From IMG/VR virus record IMGVR_UViG_3300031519_000186, positions 1-26,395 of that record: a DNA stretch of 26,395 bases; one strand, given 5' to 3'. Positions 7,614-18,007 of the stretch are shown one piece after another. The notes under the pieces were generated by a model that saw only the letters and a program-made list of their open reading frames with translations, was not told the DNA's origin and searched no databases. A program made the position numbers and the translations under genes. Source of the DNA: a virus (lineage: Duplodnaviria; Caudoviricetes). The stretch's first letter is position 1. Each line of letters starts with the position of its first letter.

Positions 7614-9805
7614 TGCAAAAAGTAAGAATTCCACAGAATAGTTTTCAGTACGGCGAAATAAGTGACAATACTATAATGAGGACTGATAGTCCTATCTATG
7701 CTGCGTCTGCACAAAGCTTAGAGAACATGATTGTATTGCCAGAGGGTGCTGTAAAAAAACGACATGGCACAAAATTTTACAATAAAAATACACAAACAAA
7801 TAAAAAATTACATTTAGTTCCTTTTATATTTGATGATAATGAAGAATATATAATTGGAATTGGAGAAGGTTATATACATTGTTGGAGGCTTGTTAATACA
7901 ACAACTGTTACTTTAGTAACAACTATTACTGCAGATACATCCAGCGCTGCTTTACCATTTGATGAAGATTATTTGCATCAATATAACACCGCTCAATTTG
8001 GTGATGTTATGTTTATATGTCATCCTTTATTTGCTCCACGGATTCTTACGCGGACTTCTCTTACAGCATTTGAATTAAGTACATATAGTTTTGACACAGA
8101 CTTTAGTGGTCATCATACTCGCCAACCATACAGTAGGTATCATTCTGTAAATGTTACGCTTGATGTAAACGCCACAAGTGGCACTGGCAAAACATTAATT
8201 ACAAACGCGCCATACTTTGATACTACAGGCGCACATGTAGGTGTAACTATAAGATATGCTGGAAATGAAATTTTAATAACGTCTGTAACTAATAGTACAA
8301 CAGCTATAGGTAATATTATTGGTACTCTTGAAGTAAGATTATCTGTTTTAAACCCAATGAGATCAAGAAAAGATACAAGATACATTGAAATTACTCACAT
8401 TAATCATGGGTTAAGCGTTGGGGATTATATAGTAATTAGTGATGCATCTGGGTTTGCTAATATAAGTTCAAGTAATTTAAATGGTGGTGAAGGTATTACT
8501 GAAGTAATAGACGATAATACATACGTTGTGCAAGCAGATGGAAGCACTAACGCAGATGAATCAGAAGATGGTGGTGGATATGTTACTATAACTACACATG
8601 CACCTACAAAAAATTGGGACGAGCAAGCGTTTTCTGCAGTGCGTGGATACCCTGCTGCAGTTACATTTCATGAAAATCGTTTATGTTTTGCTGGGACTAT
8701 AGCAGAACCAGATACTATTTGGATGTCTAAGATTGGTAGTTATTTTAATTTTGATGTTGGTGATGCTAATGACACTGACTCAATAAATTTAGTAGCGGCT
8801 ACTGGTGATGTTAATGAAATTAGATATTTAAAATCTAATCGTGATTTACAAATATTTACTTTATCTGATGAATTGTATATACCAACATATTTAAATCAAG
8901 CTATTACACCAACTAACGCACAGATAAGAAAGCAAACACCATTTGGAGCAGAGTTTGTAAAGCCAGAATCTATTGATGGGGCTACGCTTTTTGTTGAAAC
9001 TGGTGGACGTACTATTAGAGAGTACATATATTCTGATGTAGAAGATGCTTACATTGCTACAGCAGTTTCTACTGTAGCCGCACACGTTATAAACGATCCT
9101 GTTGATATGGCTGTTGTTCATTCTGGTTTTAATACTCAAGAATCCTATTCAGCAATTACTATGGGCAATGGAGATATAGCTTTATTTAGCTCTAACAGAT
9201 CTGAAAAGCGTGCAGCATGGACTAAGTTGACAGCCCAAGGATCATTTAAAAACGTAGTCTCTGTTGGTGACAGGTTATTTGTTTATGCTTTAGACGTTAA
9301 TAATAACTATGTACTATCTGAATTTTTAGATGACATTGGTTTAGATAACTATCTATATGTTGCTTATGGAAACGGTACTGTAAGTGTGAGTGATCTTTAC
9401 TCAAGCGGCACTGTAGATGTTATCGGATACAAAAGCACAGGCAAAACTTATTTAGGTGAGTTTACTGTAAATTCTGGTAATATTGATATGACATCACATA
9501 ATACCTATACTCATTTCTATGTGGGTAAAAAATATACAGCTAAAATTATTACCAACCCAATAGACACTATAGCTGGCAATGGCCCAGCAACAGGTGACAT
9601 TAGGGGTGTAAGCACAGTTGTTTTAAATGTAAAAGAATCTGAATCTTTAAAAGTAAATAATAGATCTGTATCTAATATTGCTGGGTTTACTGGCAATAAG
9701 GAGATTAGACTTTTAGGATATAGCAGAAACCCTCAAGTTACTATTGAGCAAGATGATCCAATGCCATTGCAAGTTAATGGTTTAATTTCGGAGTTAATTT
9801 TATGA
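7613..9805 (+). CDS. tail tubular protein B (nozzle, T7 gp12/P22 gp10-like)
   Basis: 730 aa with QNSF..GEIS, N.IV.PEGAV.KR.GT, GYPAAVTFHENRL.FAG and IWMSKIG.Y.NF. Confidence 0.9.
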   Translation: MQKVRIPQNSFQYGEISDNTIMRTDSPIYAASAQSLENMIVLPEGAVKKRHGTKFYNKNTQTNKKLHLVPFIFDDNEEYIIGIGEGYIHCWRLVNTTTVTLVTTITADTSSAALPFDEDYLHQYNTAQFGDVMFICHPLFAPRILTRTSLTAFELSTYSFDTDFSGHHTRQPYSRYHSVNVTLDVNATSGTGKTLITNAPYFDTTGAHVGVTIRYAGNEILITSVTNSTTAIGNIIGTLEVRLSVLNPMRSRKDTRYIEITHINHGLSVGDYIVISDASGFANISSSNLNGGEGITEVIDDNTYVVQADGSTNADESEDGGGYVTITTHAPTKNWDEQAFSAVRGYPAAVTFHENRLCFAGTIAEPDTIWMSKIGSYFNFDVGDANDTDSINLVAATGDVNEIRYLKSNRDLQIFTLSDELYIPTYLNQAITPTNAQIRKQTPFGAEFVKPESIDGATLFVETGGRTIREYIYSDVEDAYIATAVSTVAAHVINDPVDMAVVHSGFNTQESYSAITMGNGDIALFSSNRSEKRAAWTKLTAQGSFKNVVSVGDRLFVYALDVNNNYVLSEFLDDIGLDNYLYVAYGNGTVSVSDLYSSGTVDVIGYKSTGKTYLGEFTVNSGNIDMTSHNTYTHFYVGKKYTAKIITNPIDTIAGNGPATGDIRGVSTVVLNVKESESLKVNNRSVSNIAGFTGNKEIRLLGYSRNPQVTIEQDDPMPLQVNGLISELIL

Positions 9806-10242
9806 ATCCTTTAATACCCCTGTTTATATCTGGATTTGGTACTATAATGGCTGGTGCTGCGCGCAATGATCAAGCTCAAATGGATGCTTTTAATACTGAG
9901 ACTGAACGCGCAGAAGGTGAAGTGCTTGCAATGCAACAAGCAGCGGCACGCAGATATGAATATGACATAGCAACACAAACAAATGTAGCAATGTTTTCAG
10001 CTAGCGGGCGTGACATAGGATCAGATAGATCAGTTGAGGCTTTCTTTGAAAAACAAAAAGAAATTGCAGCACAAGATCTTAGTAGAATAGCAGAAAATAG
10101 ACAAGCTGAAGCTTCTGCCAGAACAAGAGAAGCTGCAGCTTATCGCGTTGCGGGTAAAAATGCTAGACGTGCTTCTCTGCTAAAGGCTGGTGGAGATTTT
10201 GCTCAAGGCTTGTCGGATAACGCAAAAGTAGCAACATTATAA
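9802..10242 (+). CDS. internal virion protein (T7 gp14-like)
   Basis: 146 aa, hydrophobic N-terminus, Ala/Gln-rich helices and an ASG motif; directly follows the nozzle gene. Confidence 0.65.
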   Translation: MNPLIPLFISGFGTIMAGAARNDQAQMDAFNTETERAEGEVLAMQQAAARRYEYDIATQTNVAMFSASGRDIGSDRSVEAFFEKQKEIAAQDLSRIAENRQAEASARTREAAAYRVAGKNARRASLLKAGGDFAQGLSDNAKVATL

Positions 10243-10251
10243 GGAAATAAC

Positions 10252-13200
10252 ATGGCTGTAATCAGACAACAAACGCAAGTCTTTAATAAGCCAGTTGGCG
10301 TGCGCAGGATAAACACAGGCGAAGCTGAAGTTTGGGAACAAGTAGCCGCACAAGCAGATAACTTTAGAAGTACAGCGCTACAAAAAGCAGCTACAGAAGC
10401 TGAACAAGCTGGTAAAATGAAGGGTATGGCAGTTGAAAGCGGGGATATAATAGCCATAGACCCAGAAACTAATCAGCCTGTAGCCTTTAAAGCACCATCA
10501 AATTATGGATCAATAGCAGCATCAGCTTACCAAGATATAATAACTAGGCGTTTTGAGCAGTCAGTTGATAATGAATTAAAAACACAAGGCGCTTACTACG
10601 CACAGAACGCAGGAAATTCTGACGAATATAAAAATGCAATAAGCGGTCACGTTGGTAATATGATTAATGCGGGTGGCGATGACACTTATTTTAGTCGTTA
10701 CATACAAGAAGCTGGGCAATCATATGTAGATAGCACTTATTTAGCAATGAAGTCTAAAGAGTTAGAAGCTAGCATATTAGAAGCAAATACAAATGACCAT
10801 TTAAGAGGCTTAGATGCTACTTATACTATTAAACGTAATATAGGAAAAAGCAGTACAGCTAGTCTGCTTGCAAGTATACAAAAAGAATACGATAGTGCAG
10901 AAAATTTACTTAATAATAACTACTATACAATAGCACAGTTTGAATCAAAACGCTCTGAATTGATTGGATTGCAGTCATTAGTTAATAAAACACTTTTAAC
11001 TGATTTGTATACTGGTATGACAACAAATCAAAAACTTAAATTTATTTCGCAAATACACAATCCATCTACAATACAAGATGAAAAATTAAAAATGTACGTT
11101 ATAGATGCAAGAATTGATAGTAGTGTTGAAACTATAATTAATGGATTAAGGTCAATAGATAAAACAGCAGAAGATTTAAGTACATCTAATATAGAAATAG
11201 AAGCATCTAGGTTATTAAGTAAAGTAAATTCTAATATGTCGCATGATAATATTAATCAACTTACTGAAGAAACAGATCCAAATATTAGACCTGAAGTTAA
11301 TAGATTACTTAGAGAAGAACAATTAAATAAATCATTACATCTTAGCGCAAAAAGTGCAGATGCAACAAATGTACTTATAGATCAATTAAGAAGTCCTGAG
11401 CCAAATAGAGAAACATTAAAAGAAGCATTAAAAATAGCGCGTAATGCAGATGGCGATAATGTAAAAAGTGCAGAAGATCTTGTGCAGTTTATAATAGATA
11501 TGCCAACAAAAGATAGAATAAAATATGCAGAATCTTTGTCAGCAAGACTACCAAGTATGAAATCAATAGAAGCAACTGCAGAAAACAATTTTATAATATC
11601 TATGCAAGATAAAACAAGAAATATAAACACAGTTAAAGATTATAAAAAAATAGAAAATGAAATACTTAATCGTAAAAATTTAGTAAATGCTGATAAATAT
11701 ATAAATAATGCAAAAGAAAAATTTGCTAACGTTATGTCAATCCAAGCTAAAGGTATATCATTACGTTATGAAGAATTACAAAATGTAAAAAATGCTTTAG
11801 GCAATAAAGAGTTTGCTAGCAATCTTACTGATAGAGAAAAAAAAGCATACGAACTATACAAGCAAGCACATGATATTATACCAACATCTATTAATTCAGC
11901 GGTATCTTATAGGTTAGATGCTATCGCTGATGATAATGAAACCCTTGGACATCAATTAAAAATTAAAGGAATTTTTGAATCTCTAAGCAAAGGTAACAAC
12001 GTAGGCATACAAGAGTTAGAATACTACCAAAATGAAATTATGGGAGACACAATATTTTTAACTGTAGATAATATTGATGATTATCCAATAATGACAGATG
12101 CACTTAAAAAAGGAATTATGTTTCCAGCTTTTAAAAGCTTTTTTAATTCTGCGGTTACTTCTATGGATGAGACTACAGTTGAAAAGGCTGGTAATTTATT
12201 TGAAGAAATGACTAACGTGGAGGTAGATTCAGAAGGTATGTTATATAATATTGACATGCTTAAAGCAAATATGAAACCAGAAACATACGCTCATTTTAAT
12301 GCAGCAGTTGTTACAGCAAGGGCTGAGTACACTACACCATTCTTAGTTATATCAGAGTTAAGACAATATGATGGAAATTTAGATCAAGATGTTTTAGCAG
12401 ATTATAATGCATCTACAGGTGGCACATTAAAAAATATAAAAAGCATATTTGACGATAGAAACGTATCTCCAAGCTTTAGAAATGAATTAAGCATTGCAAT
12501 TAAAATGAAAAAAGCAAGAGGCTTACAAATTACAAGTGAAGCAGTTGATACTATTATTGATAACTATATTAAAACAAACAATATGGGTAGAGATACAAAT
12601 GTACTTGGACCACATATAGACAGCGCAACAGCTTATGCTGTAATGTCATTTATACGCCCTACAGATTTTACTGCAAACAGAATGGCTTTAACAAGAGCGC
12701 TTGCCCAAGATGATACATATAGTCCGTTATTAACAGGTGGTGGTAAATTTGCACAAGCTAGGGAATTAGCTAAAGATCTTACATTACAAAACATGCGTCC
12801 ACTTTTAAGTTCTTTAATACAAGAATTTAAAGGCCAATATCAAGCAAGAGCTGAATTAGGAGACATTGAGCTATCAAGAGAAGGGCATAAAACTTTAAGT
12901 ACTGATGTATTTTGGAAGCCAGATTTAATGTCTTTTGCTAATGGTGTGCCAAAATACACTGCACGATATAAAGATGTAAATGAAACTTATCAAGATTTTA
13001 TAGTTAATGGTAAACCTTGGACTTTAGAACGTACTGGTGATTATACAAATGAATTTAGAAGTGTTGCTCATAAAGAATTTATTGCAAAACTAAAAAGCAC
13101 ACAACCAAAAATTAGAGCTGAAGGTTACATTAATTACCAAGCAACACTTGAACATATGACTTATAGTGAATTTAAAAAAGACCCAGATTTTAATAAACTA

Positions 13201-13368
13201 GTAACTGCATATGGTAATGAACAAGAAGTTAAAATAACATACGCTATGCAAAGATTAAGATGGCGCGCTCAATCAACTAATGAATTTAGAGAACAGTTAA
13301 GTAATGCTAATATAAGAGATGACGCCTTAGAGTATTTAAAAGGCGTTGAAGAAAGAGGACAAAAATAA
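10252..13368 (+). CDS. large internal virion/ejection protein (gp15-like position)
   Basis: 1038 aa, apparently helical, AAGGA RBS. Assigned by synteny only. Confidence 0.6.
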   Translation: MAVIRQQTQVFNKPVGVRRINTGEAEVWEQVAAQADNFRSTALQKAATEAEQAGKMKGMAVESGDIIAIDPETNQPVAFKAPSNYGSIAASAYQDIITRRFEQSVDNELKTQGAYYAQNAGNSDEYKNAISGHVGNMINAGGDDTYFSRYIQEAGQSYVDSTYLAMKSKELEASILEANTNDHLRGLDATYTIKRNIGKSSTASLLASIQKEYDSAENLLNNNYYTIAQFESKRSELIGLQSLVNKTLLTDLYTGMTTNQKLKFISQIHNPSTIQDEKLKMYVIDARIDSSVETIINGLRSIDKTAEDLSTSNIEIEASRLLSKVNSNMSHDNINQLTEETDPNIRPEVNRLLREEQLNKSLHLSAKSADATNVLIDQLRSPEPNRETLKEALKIARNADGDNVKSAEDLVQFIIDMPTKDRIKYAESLSARLPSMKSIEATAENNFIISMQDKTRNINTVKDYKKIENEILNRKNLVNADKYINNAKEKFANVMSIQAKGISLRYEELQNVKNALGNKEFASNLTDREKKAYELYKQAHDIIPTSINSAVSYRLDAIADDNETLGHQLKIKGIFESLSKGNNVGIQELEYYQNEIMGDTIFLTVDNIDDYPIMTDALKKGIMFPAFKSFFNSAVTSMDETTVEKAGNLFEEMTNVEVDSEGMLYNIDMLKANMKPETYAHFNAAVVTARAEYTTPFLVISELRQYDGNLDQDVLADYNASTGGTLKNIKSIFDDRNVSPSFRNELSIAIKMKKARGLQITSEAVDTIIDNYIKTNNMGRDTNVLGPHIDSATAYAVMSFIRPTDFTANRMALTRALAQDDTYSPLLTGGGKFAQARELAKDLTLQNMRPLLSSLIQEFKGQYQARAELGDIELSREGHKTLSTDVFWKPDLMSFANGVPKYTARYKDVNETYQDFIVNGKPWTLERTGDYTNEFRSVAHKEFIAKLKSTQPKIRAEGYINYQATLEHMTYSEFKKDPDFNKLVTAYGNEQEVKITYAMQRLRWRAQSTNEFREQLSNANIRDDALEYLKGVEERGQK

Positions 13369-16300
13369 TGGCTGATATTAAAATTACCCCATCAGCCCCA
13401 TTCGTAAAAGGCCCACCAGCACTACCAAAAGACAGAGAAGGCCCATCATTTGGTGAAACCTTTAGTGCTAATTGGAGTAAAGTATTTAGCCCGATTATTG
13501 AGCAAAATAAGTTTTTTACAAATTCAGAAGTGTATGATGAAGAATCGCAAGTAAGAGTTGATAACCATATTAACAGTAATGATTTAAGCAAAAATGAAGA
13601 ACAGCATTTAAAAATGTTTGGAATTGGTAGTCCAGAAAGATTTGCTGAAGCTGTAGAATACATTAAAAAACAAAGAATAAATAATGATATATTAAATAGA
13701 TCATCTGGTGGTGCGCTAATGTTTAGCGATCCTTCTATAGCATTATCTTTTTTTGTACCTGTTGCTGGCGTACAATTTAGCAAGCTAATTGGTAAAGCAT
13801 TATATACTGCTGGCAACAAAGGTGGGCTTAGACAAATAGCAAGAGCAAATGCGTTAATGTCTGGCAAGCAACTTACTAGAAAGCAAATAACTAAAATATC
13901 AGCATTAGATGGTTTAGTTACTGGCGGCACAATGAATTTAACAGATGCATTAACTGAAATAGGTTTAGATACAAATGGTGCTGGGTCTGTAGTTTTAAGT
14001 GCAACGTTAAGCACTATGGCTGATGGTTTAATATCTGGTGCATTTGGTTATACTTTAAGTACTGCATTTGTTAGGCCAAAAGCTGGTGAGAACAGAGCTA
14101 AGATATGGAGTACACAATATAAATCATATTTAAATAGCGTTAATGATAAACCATTAATTAAACCTGTAGGTGCAGAGGAAAGCGTAGAGCCTGTATCAAA
14201 TTTTAAAGGGCCTTGGTACAAACAATATACAGGAGAATCTTTTGAAAATTTAACATATGGTTTTAACAAAGAAACAGGGCCAACTCAAGTAAAACTAAAA
14301 CACCAAGCTCGTCAAATTTTCTACACACCAGACGAAATAAAAAAATTTAAAGATGAAGGTAATGAATTTGTTTATAATACAAACGCAAATGGTGAAGAGT
14401 TTGTTTTTAAAAAAATGCCAAAAGAAAAATTAACAAAATTAATTAAACTAAGGCAAGCATTTACAAGCAGACTAATGCGGCGTGATATGGTTGAAGATAC
14501 AAGTTGGATAGAAAATGATTTTATATTTTTAAACCAACCAAAAAATAAAAAGTGGACGCCGTTTATAAATAGTCTTTGGGTAGAAATTAATAGCCCGAAT
14601 AGAGCAAAAATACAAGTAGACACAGAAAGCGGCCCAGAATTTTTTGCAAATACTTTTGAGATGTATGATCGTATTGCTGAAATAGAAAATAAATTATTAA
14701 AGTCAGGCCACACAACTAAAGTAGCTGGGTCTCAAGTAAAAAAACCTAAAGTAAAAAAAGGCAAAAAAACAACAGACAATGATACTCCAGAAATAGAAAC
14801 AACTAAAGCTGTTGATACAGGCGAGCAAGCTCCTGAACCTATTTCTTATGGTGGCAAATGGTGGAACGGATCTTGGTTTGGCAAAATGATTCCAAGTCCA
14901 TTGAAAGCAACGGTTAATGATCCAAATATACCACAGCGTTTTAAAGCAGAAATATTAGGTTTAGGTGGTGCTAATGGATTGCCATTAGTTGCAAACCAAA
15001 TGGGGCAAAGCATGGGTAATTCTGTGTATATTAATGCTGGTCGCAGACAAGGCGAGTGGTATGCAGCTATGGATATTGTAAATCAAAATTACAGAAAGGT
15101 TAGCCCAAGAGGCAAAGCTGAATTGTTTAATATACCTGTTGGGCAATATGTAGAAACTGTAAGGGCTAAGTTGGGCAAGACAAGCTTTGCACCTGTTGAG
15201 TGGCAAGATCATCTTGGTAGATTAATAATGGATGATGTGCCTTATGATAAAATGACACCAGAAGAAGCCGCATCAACGCAAGCTGTAAGGGCATACTTTG
15301 AAAAGTTTGGCGGAGAACTAGAAGAAATAGGATTAATAAAAAGTCGTGATGTTTTTGAAGATACATACTTAAAAGAAATTGGTAAAGCATTTGAACTAAC
15401 AAGTGTTACCAATAACATTATTGACGCAAATAAAAAATGGATGGCAAAAGCCCAAGCAAAAATACAAAAAAGATACGATAAAGATTTAAAATTACAAAAG
15501 TCTTTAGAGCAACAGCAAATAGCCAGAGGCTTAACCAAAAAACAAGTTGATTTAAAAAAGAAAGTTGATGATAATATTGCTAATTTAAAAAAAGATTTAG
15601 CTAAATTTGAAGGTAAATTTGACAAAATAAACAATGCAAAAGATATAGATGAACTTGCTTCTTTGTTTAATGATTTAGATCTTACGCCAAAAATGAGAAA
15701 TGCTTTAGAATCTCTTAGCAAATCCTTTGATGATATAAGATTTAAAATTGATAATGCTTTAGAGGTAATTGAGCATCATGGCAAATTAACTAAAACAAAC
15801 AAATATGATTTGCCACGTATATACAACAGGCAAAAAATTCAAAAAGAACGTGATGGTTTTAGAAATTTATTAATAGCAGCATATAAGAAAAACCCAACTA
15901 TAGTTAGTAGAGATGACAAAGGTTTATTTCAAATACAAAAATTAGCTACTGACCCTGCTTCTTTGTATCGCAGAGCAGAAGAAACTATACAGAATATAAT
16001 GGAGGAAACTGACGAAGATGCTATTGATGCTATATTTACTGGTTTTGGTCGGAGTGGTCCTCTTGTCTCTCGTAGATTAAATGTACCAAACTCAGCTATA
16101 AAAGAATATTTAGTTACAGACGTTAAAGAGTTGATGATTAACTACGGCGCAAGAGTAGCTCCAAAGCTAGAGTATCACAAAGCTAACCTTAATCCAGATA
16201 CAGGTAAGCTTATGACGCTTGAAGAAAAACTATTTAGGATGCGTGCAGAATTAAATGATGCAAAAGTACCGCGCAAAAGTATAGATAAATTTCTTAAAAA

Positions 16301-17630
16301 CTATGTTCATACTTATGATAGGGTTGTTGGCACTACACTTAAAAGAGCAGACTCTATTGATACAAGAATAGCAGATATGCTTAGAACAGCTACAAGCTGG
16401 ACATTTCTTGGCGGTTCTGGCGTAGCAGCTTTTGGTGACGCTGCATCTATATTTATGGATCACGAACTCAATGTTATAGGTCGCAGTTTATTAGGTTTAA
16501 TGGACGATATATCACTTAAACATTCTGCGCATGAGCTAAAGTTATCTGGCGAAGCATTAGAAATGACATTAGGTACAACGCATCTTAGGTATATGGAAAG
16601 TTTATCTAATGATTTATTTCAGAAAACATTACCTGACAAATTAAACAACGCATTTTTTGTAGCCAATGGGCTTGGGCCAGTTACTGTTGGTATAAAAATG
16701 TTAGATGGTTTAGTGCGTGGACATACAATAATAGACTCATCAATAAAACTTACTAAAGGTACTGCATCAGATTTTGAAAAAGAATTTTTAGCTAGATACA
16801 ATATTACAGAAGAAATCGCAGAACGTATAAGTGGAATGCCACATCAAAAATCAACTGGTGGTGAGTTAATATTACCCAATACTGAAGCATGGACAGACGT
16901 AGAAGCAGTAAATGAGTTTAGAAACGCATTAAGATCAGGCGTTATGAATAGAGTTATTATGGGTGGGCCAGAAGATAAACCTATAACTATGGATGGCGTT
17001 GCGTATATACCAGATCATGTAGCAAAGACATTGCCTTACTACGATAAAATGCCAAGAGACCCTAGAGTTAAAGGCTATGTAAGAGTTGAGAGTGGTTTCC
17101 TTGCATTGCCATTTACTTTCTATAGTTTTGTAGTTGGAGCATTAAACAAAATTACAGGTAATATGGCAGCTGGATCTGTTAGAAACAAAACAGTACATAT
17201 AGCAGTAGCAATGATGCTTGGTTATTCTGTGACTAAATTCCGTACACCCGAATGGGCATGGGATGAAATGGATATGGAAGATAAAATAATGAGATCATTT
17301 GATATGTCTGGTATAGCAGCATTGCAAAGTGATCTATTGTATAGAGCTATTACAATGGCACATGAGCTTGGAGCAGAAGGTGGGTTTCCAATACAACCTA
17401 AATATAGTGGTGGCTATGATCCTCTTGGCTCATTCGTTAGTTTAGGTGGTGCGCCCGCTGATTGGACGTTAGAAGTTATGCGCTCTATAACACAAATGAT
17501 TGAAGGCGATGTAGGTGAAGGCGCGAAAAGTTTAGTAAACATGATTCCGCTTATAGAAACAATGGCTACTGGTGATGCACTAAAAGATACAATGAAAGAT
17601 ATTGTAGGTGAATTACCTAACAGGCCATAA
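13368..17630 (+). CDS. large internal virion/ejection protein (gp16-like position)
   Basis: 1420 aa, helical with Gly-rich hydrophobic segments. Motifs Y.PRIYN, FLALPFTFYSF and the C-terminal LGG.P...V..IP resemble podovirus ejection proteins. TAATG coupling. Confidence 0.65.
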   Translation: MADIKITPSAPFVKGPPALPKDREGPSFGETFSANWSKVFSPIIEQNKFFTNSEVYDEESQVRVDNHINSNDLSKNEEQHLKMFGIGSPERFAEAVEYIKKQRINNDILNRSSGGALMFSDPSIALSFFVPVAGVQFSKLIGKALYTAGNKGGLRQIARANALMSGKQLTRKQITKISALDGLVTGGTMNLTDALTEIGLDTNGAGSVVLSATLSTMADGLISGAFGYTLSTAFVRPKAGENRAKIWSTQYKSYLNSVNDKPLIKPVGAEESVEPVSNFKGPWYKQYTGESFENLTYGFNKETGPTQVKLKHQARQIFYTPDEIKKFKDEGNEFVYNTNANGEEFVFKKMPKEKLTKLIKLRQAFTSRLMRRDMVEDTSWIENDFIFLNQPKNKKWTPFINSLWVEINSPNRAKIQVDTESGPEFFANTFEMYDRIAEIENKLLKSGHTTKVAGSQVKKPKVKKGKKTTDNDTPEIETTKAVDTGEQAPEPISYGGKWWNGSWFGKMIPSPLKATVNDPNIPQRFKAEILGLGGANGLPLVANQMGQSMGNSVYINAGRRQGEWYAAMDIVNQNYRKVSPRGKAELFNIPVGQYVETVRAKLGKTSFAPVEWQDHLGRLIMDDVPYDKMTPEEAASTQAVRAYFEKFGGELEEIGLIKSRDVFEDTYLKEIGKAFELTSVTNNIIDANKKWMAKAQAKIQKRYDKDLKLQKSLEQQQIARGLTKKQVDLKKKVDDNIANLKKDLAKFEGKFDKINNAKDIDELASLFNDLDLTPKMRNALESLSKSFDDIRFKIDNALEVIEHHGKLTKTNKYDLPRIYNRQKIQKERDGFRNLLIAAYKKNPTIVSRDDKGLFQIQKLATDPASLYRRAEETIQNIMEETDEDAIDAIFTGFGRSGPLVSRRLNVPNSAIKEYLVTDVKELMINYGARVAPKLEYHKANLNPDTGKLMTLEEKLFRMRAELNDAKVPRKSIDKFLKNYVHTYDRVVGTTLKRADSIDTRIADMLRTATSWTFLGGSGVAAFGDAASIFMDHELNVIGRSLLGLMDDISLKHSAHELKLSGEALEMTLGTTHLRYMESLSNDLFQKTLPDKLNNAFFVANGLGPVTVGIKMLDGLVRGHTIIDSSIKLTKGTASDFEKEFLARYNITEEIAERISGMPHQKSTGGELILPNTEAWTDVEAVNEFRNALRSGVMNRVIMGGPEDKPITMDGVAYIPDHVAKTLPYYDKMPRDPRVKGYVRVESGFLALPFTFYSFVVGALNKITGNMAAGSVRNKTVHIAVAMMLGYSVTKFRTPEWAWDEMDMEDKIMRSFDMSGIAALQSDLLYRAITMAHELGAEGGFPIQPKYSGGYDPLGSFVSLGGAPADWTLEVMRSITQMIEGDVGEGAKSLVNMIPLIETMATGDALKDTMKDIVGELPNRP

Positions 17631-17631
17631 A

Positions 17632-17641
17632 TTGTGCGTTG
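17632..17641 (+). promoter_or_regulatory. putative late-promoter motif TTGTGCGTTG (copy 3)
   Basis: Intergenic, 71 nt upstream of ATG 17713, with TATAAC downstream at 17660. Confidence 0.55.
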
Positions 17642-17712
17642 TCAATTTTAAATTATGCATATAACAAAGAATTAGAATATAACATTTAACTCTGAAATGA
17701 ACGGAGAAACAC

Positions 17713-17994
17713 ATGGCACAAAATACAGACATAGTTCTTGTAGCAGATACTTGGACACAGCTTACGGACGCTGATGTTACAAACATTACTTTTCAAAACA
17801 AAGGTACTTACCATATTTTAGTTGCAGGAACTACAGGCGCATCTGCTCCAAGCAATGACAATGGTTCTATACGTTACAATCGAGGTCAAGGTGAGCGCAA
17901 TGTAGCGTTGACTGACTTGTTTGCTGGTATTGCAGCTAAACGTGTTTGGGCATTTTCTGAGAAAAAACTAGAAGTAATGGTAAGCCACGCTTGA
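17713..17994 (+). CDS. small beta-rich virion protein, possible head-spike/fibre base
   Basis: 93 aa, GGAG RBS, alternating beta-strand pattern, no signal peptide; precedes the LRR protein. Confidence 0.5.
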   Translation: MAQNTDIVLVADTWTQLTDADVTNITFQNKGTYHILVAGTTGASAPSNDNGSIRYNRGQGERNVALTDLFAGIAAKRVWAFSEKKLEVMVSHA

Positions 17995-18007
17995 TTGGAG
18001 GCTAACT

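Noticed and set aside
13307-16801. Minus-strand ORFs within the ejection genes (e.g. 13307..14014, 15242..15721) and similar shadow ORFs elsewhere
   Set aside because: They are antisense shadows of long coding frames, with no recognisable motifs or operon context.
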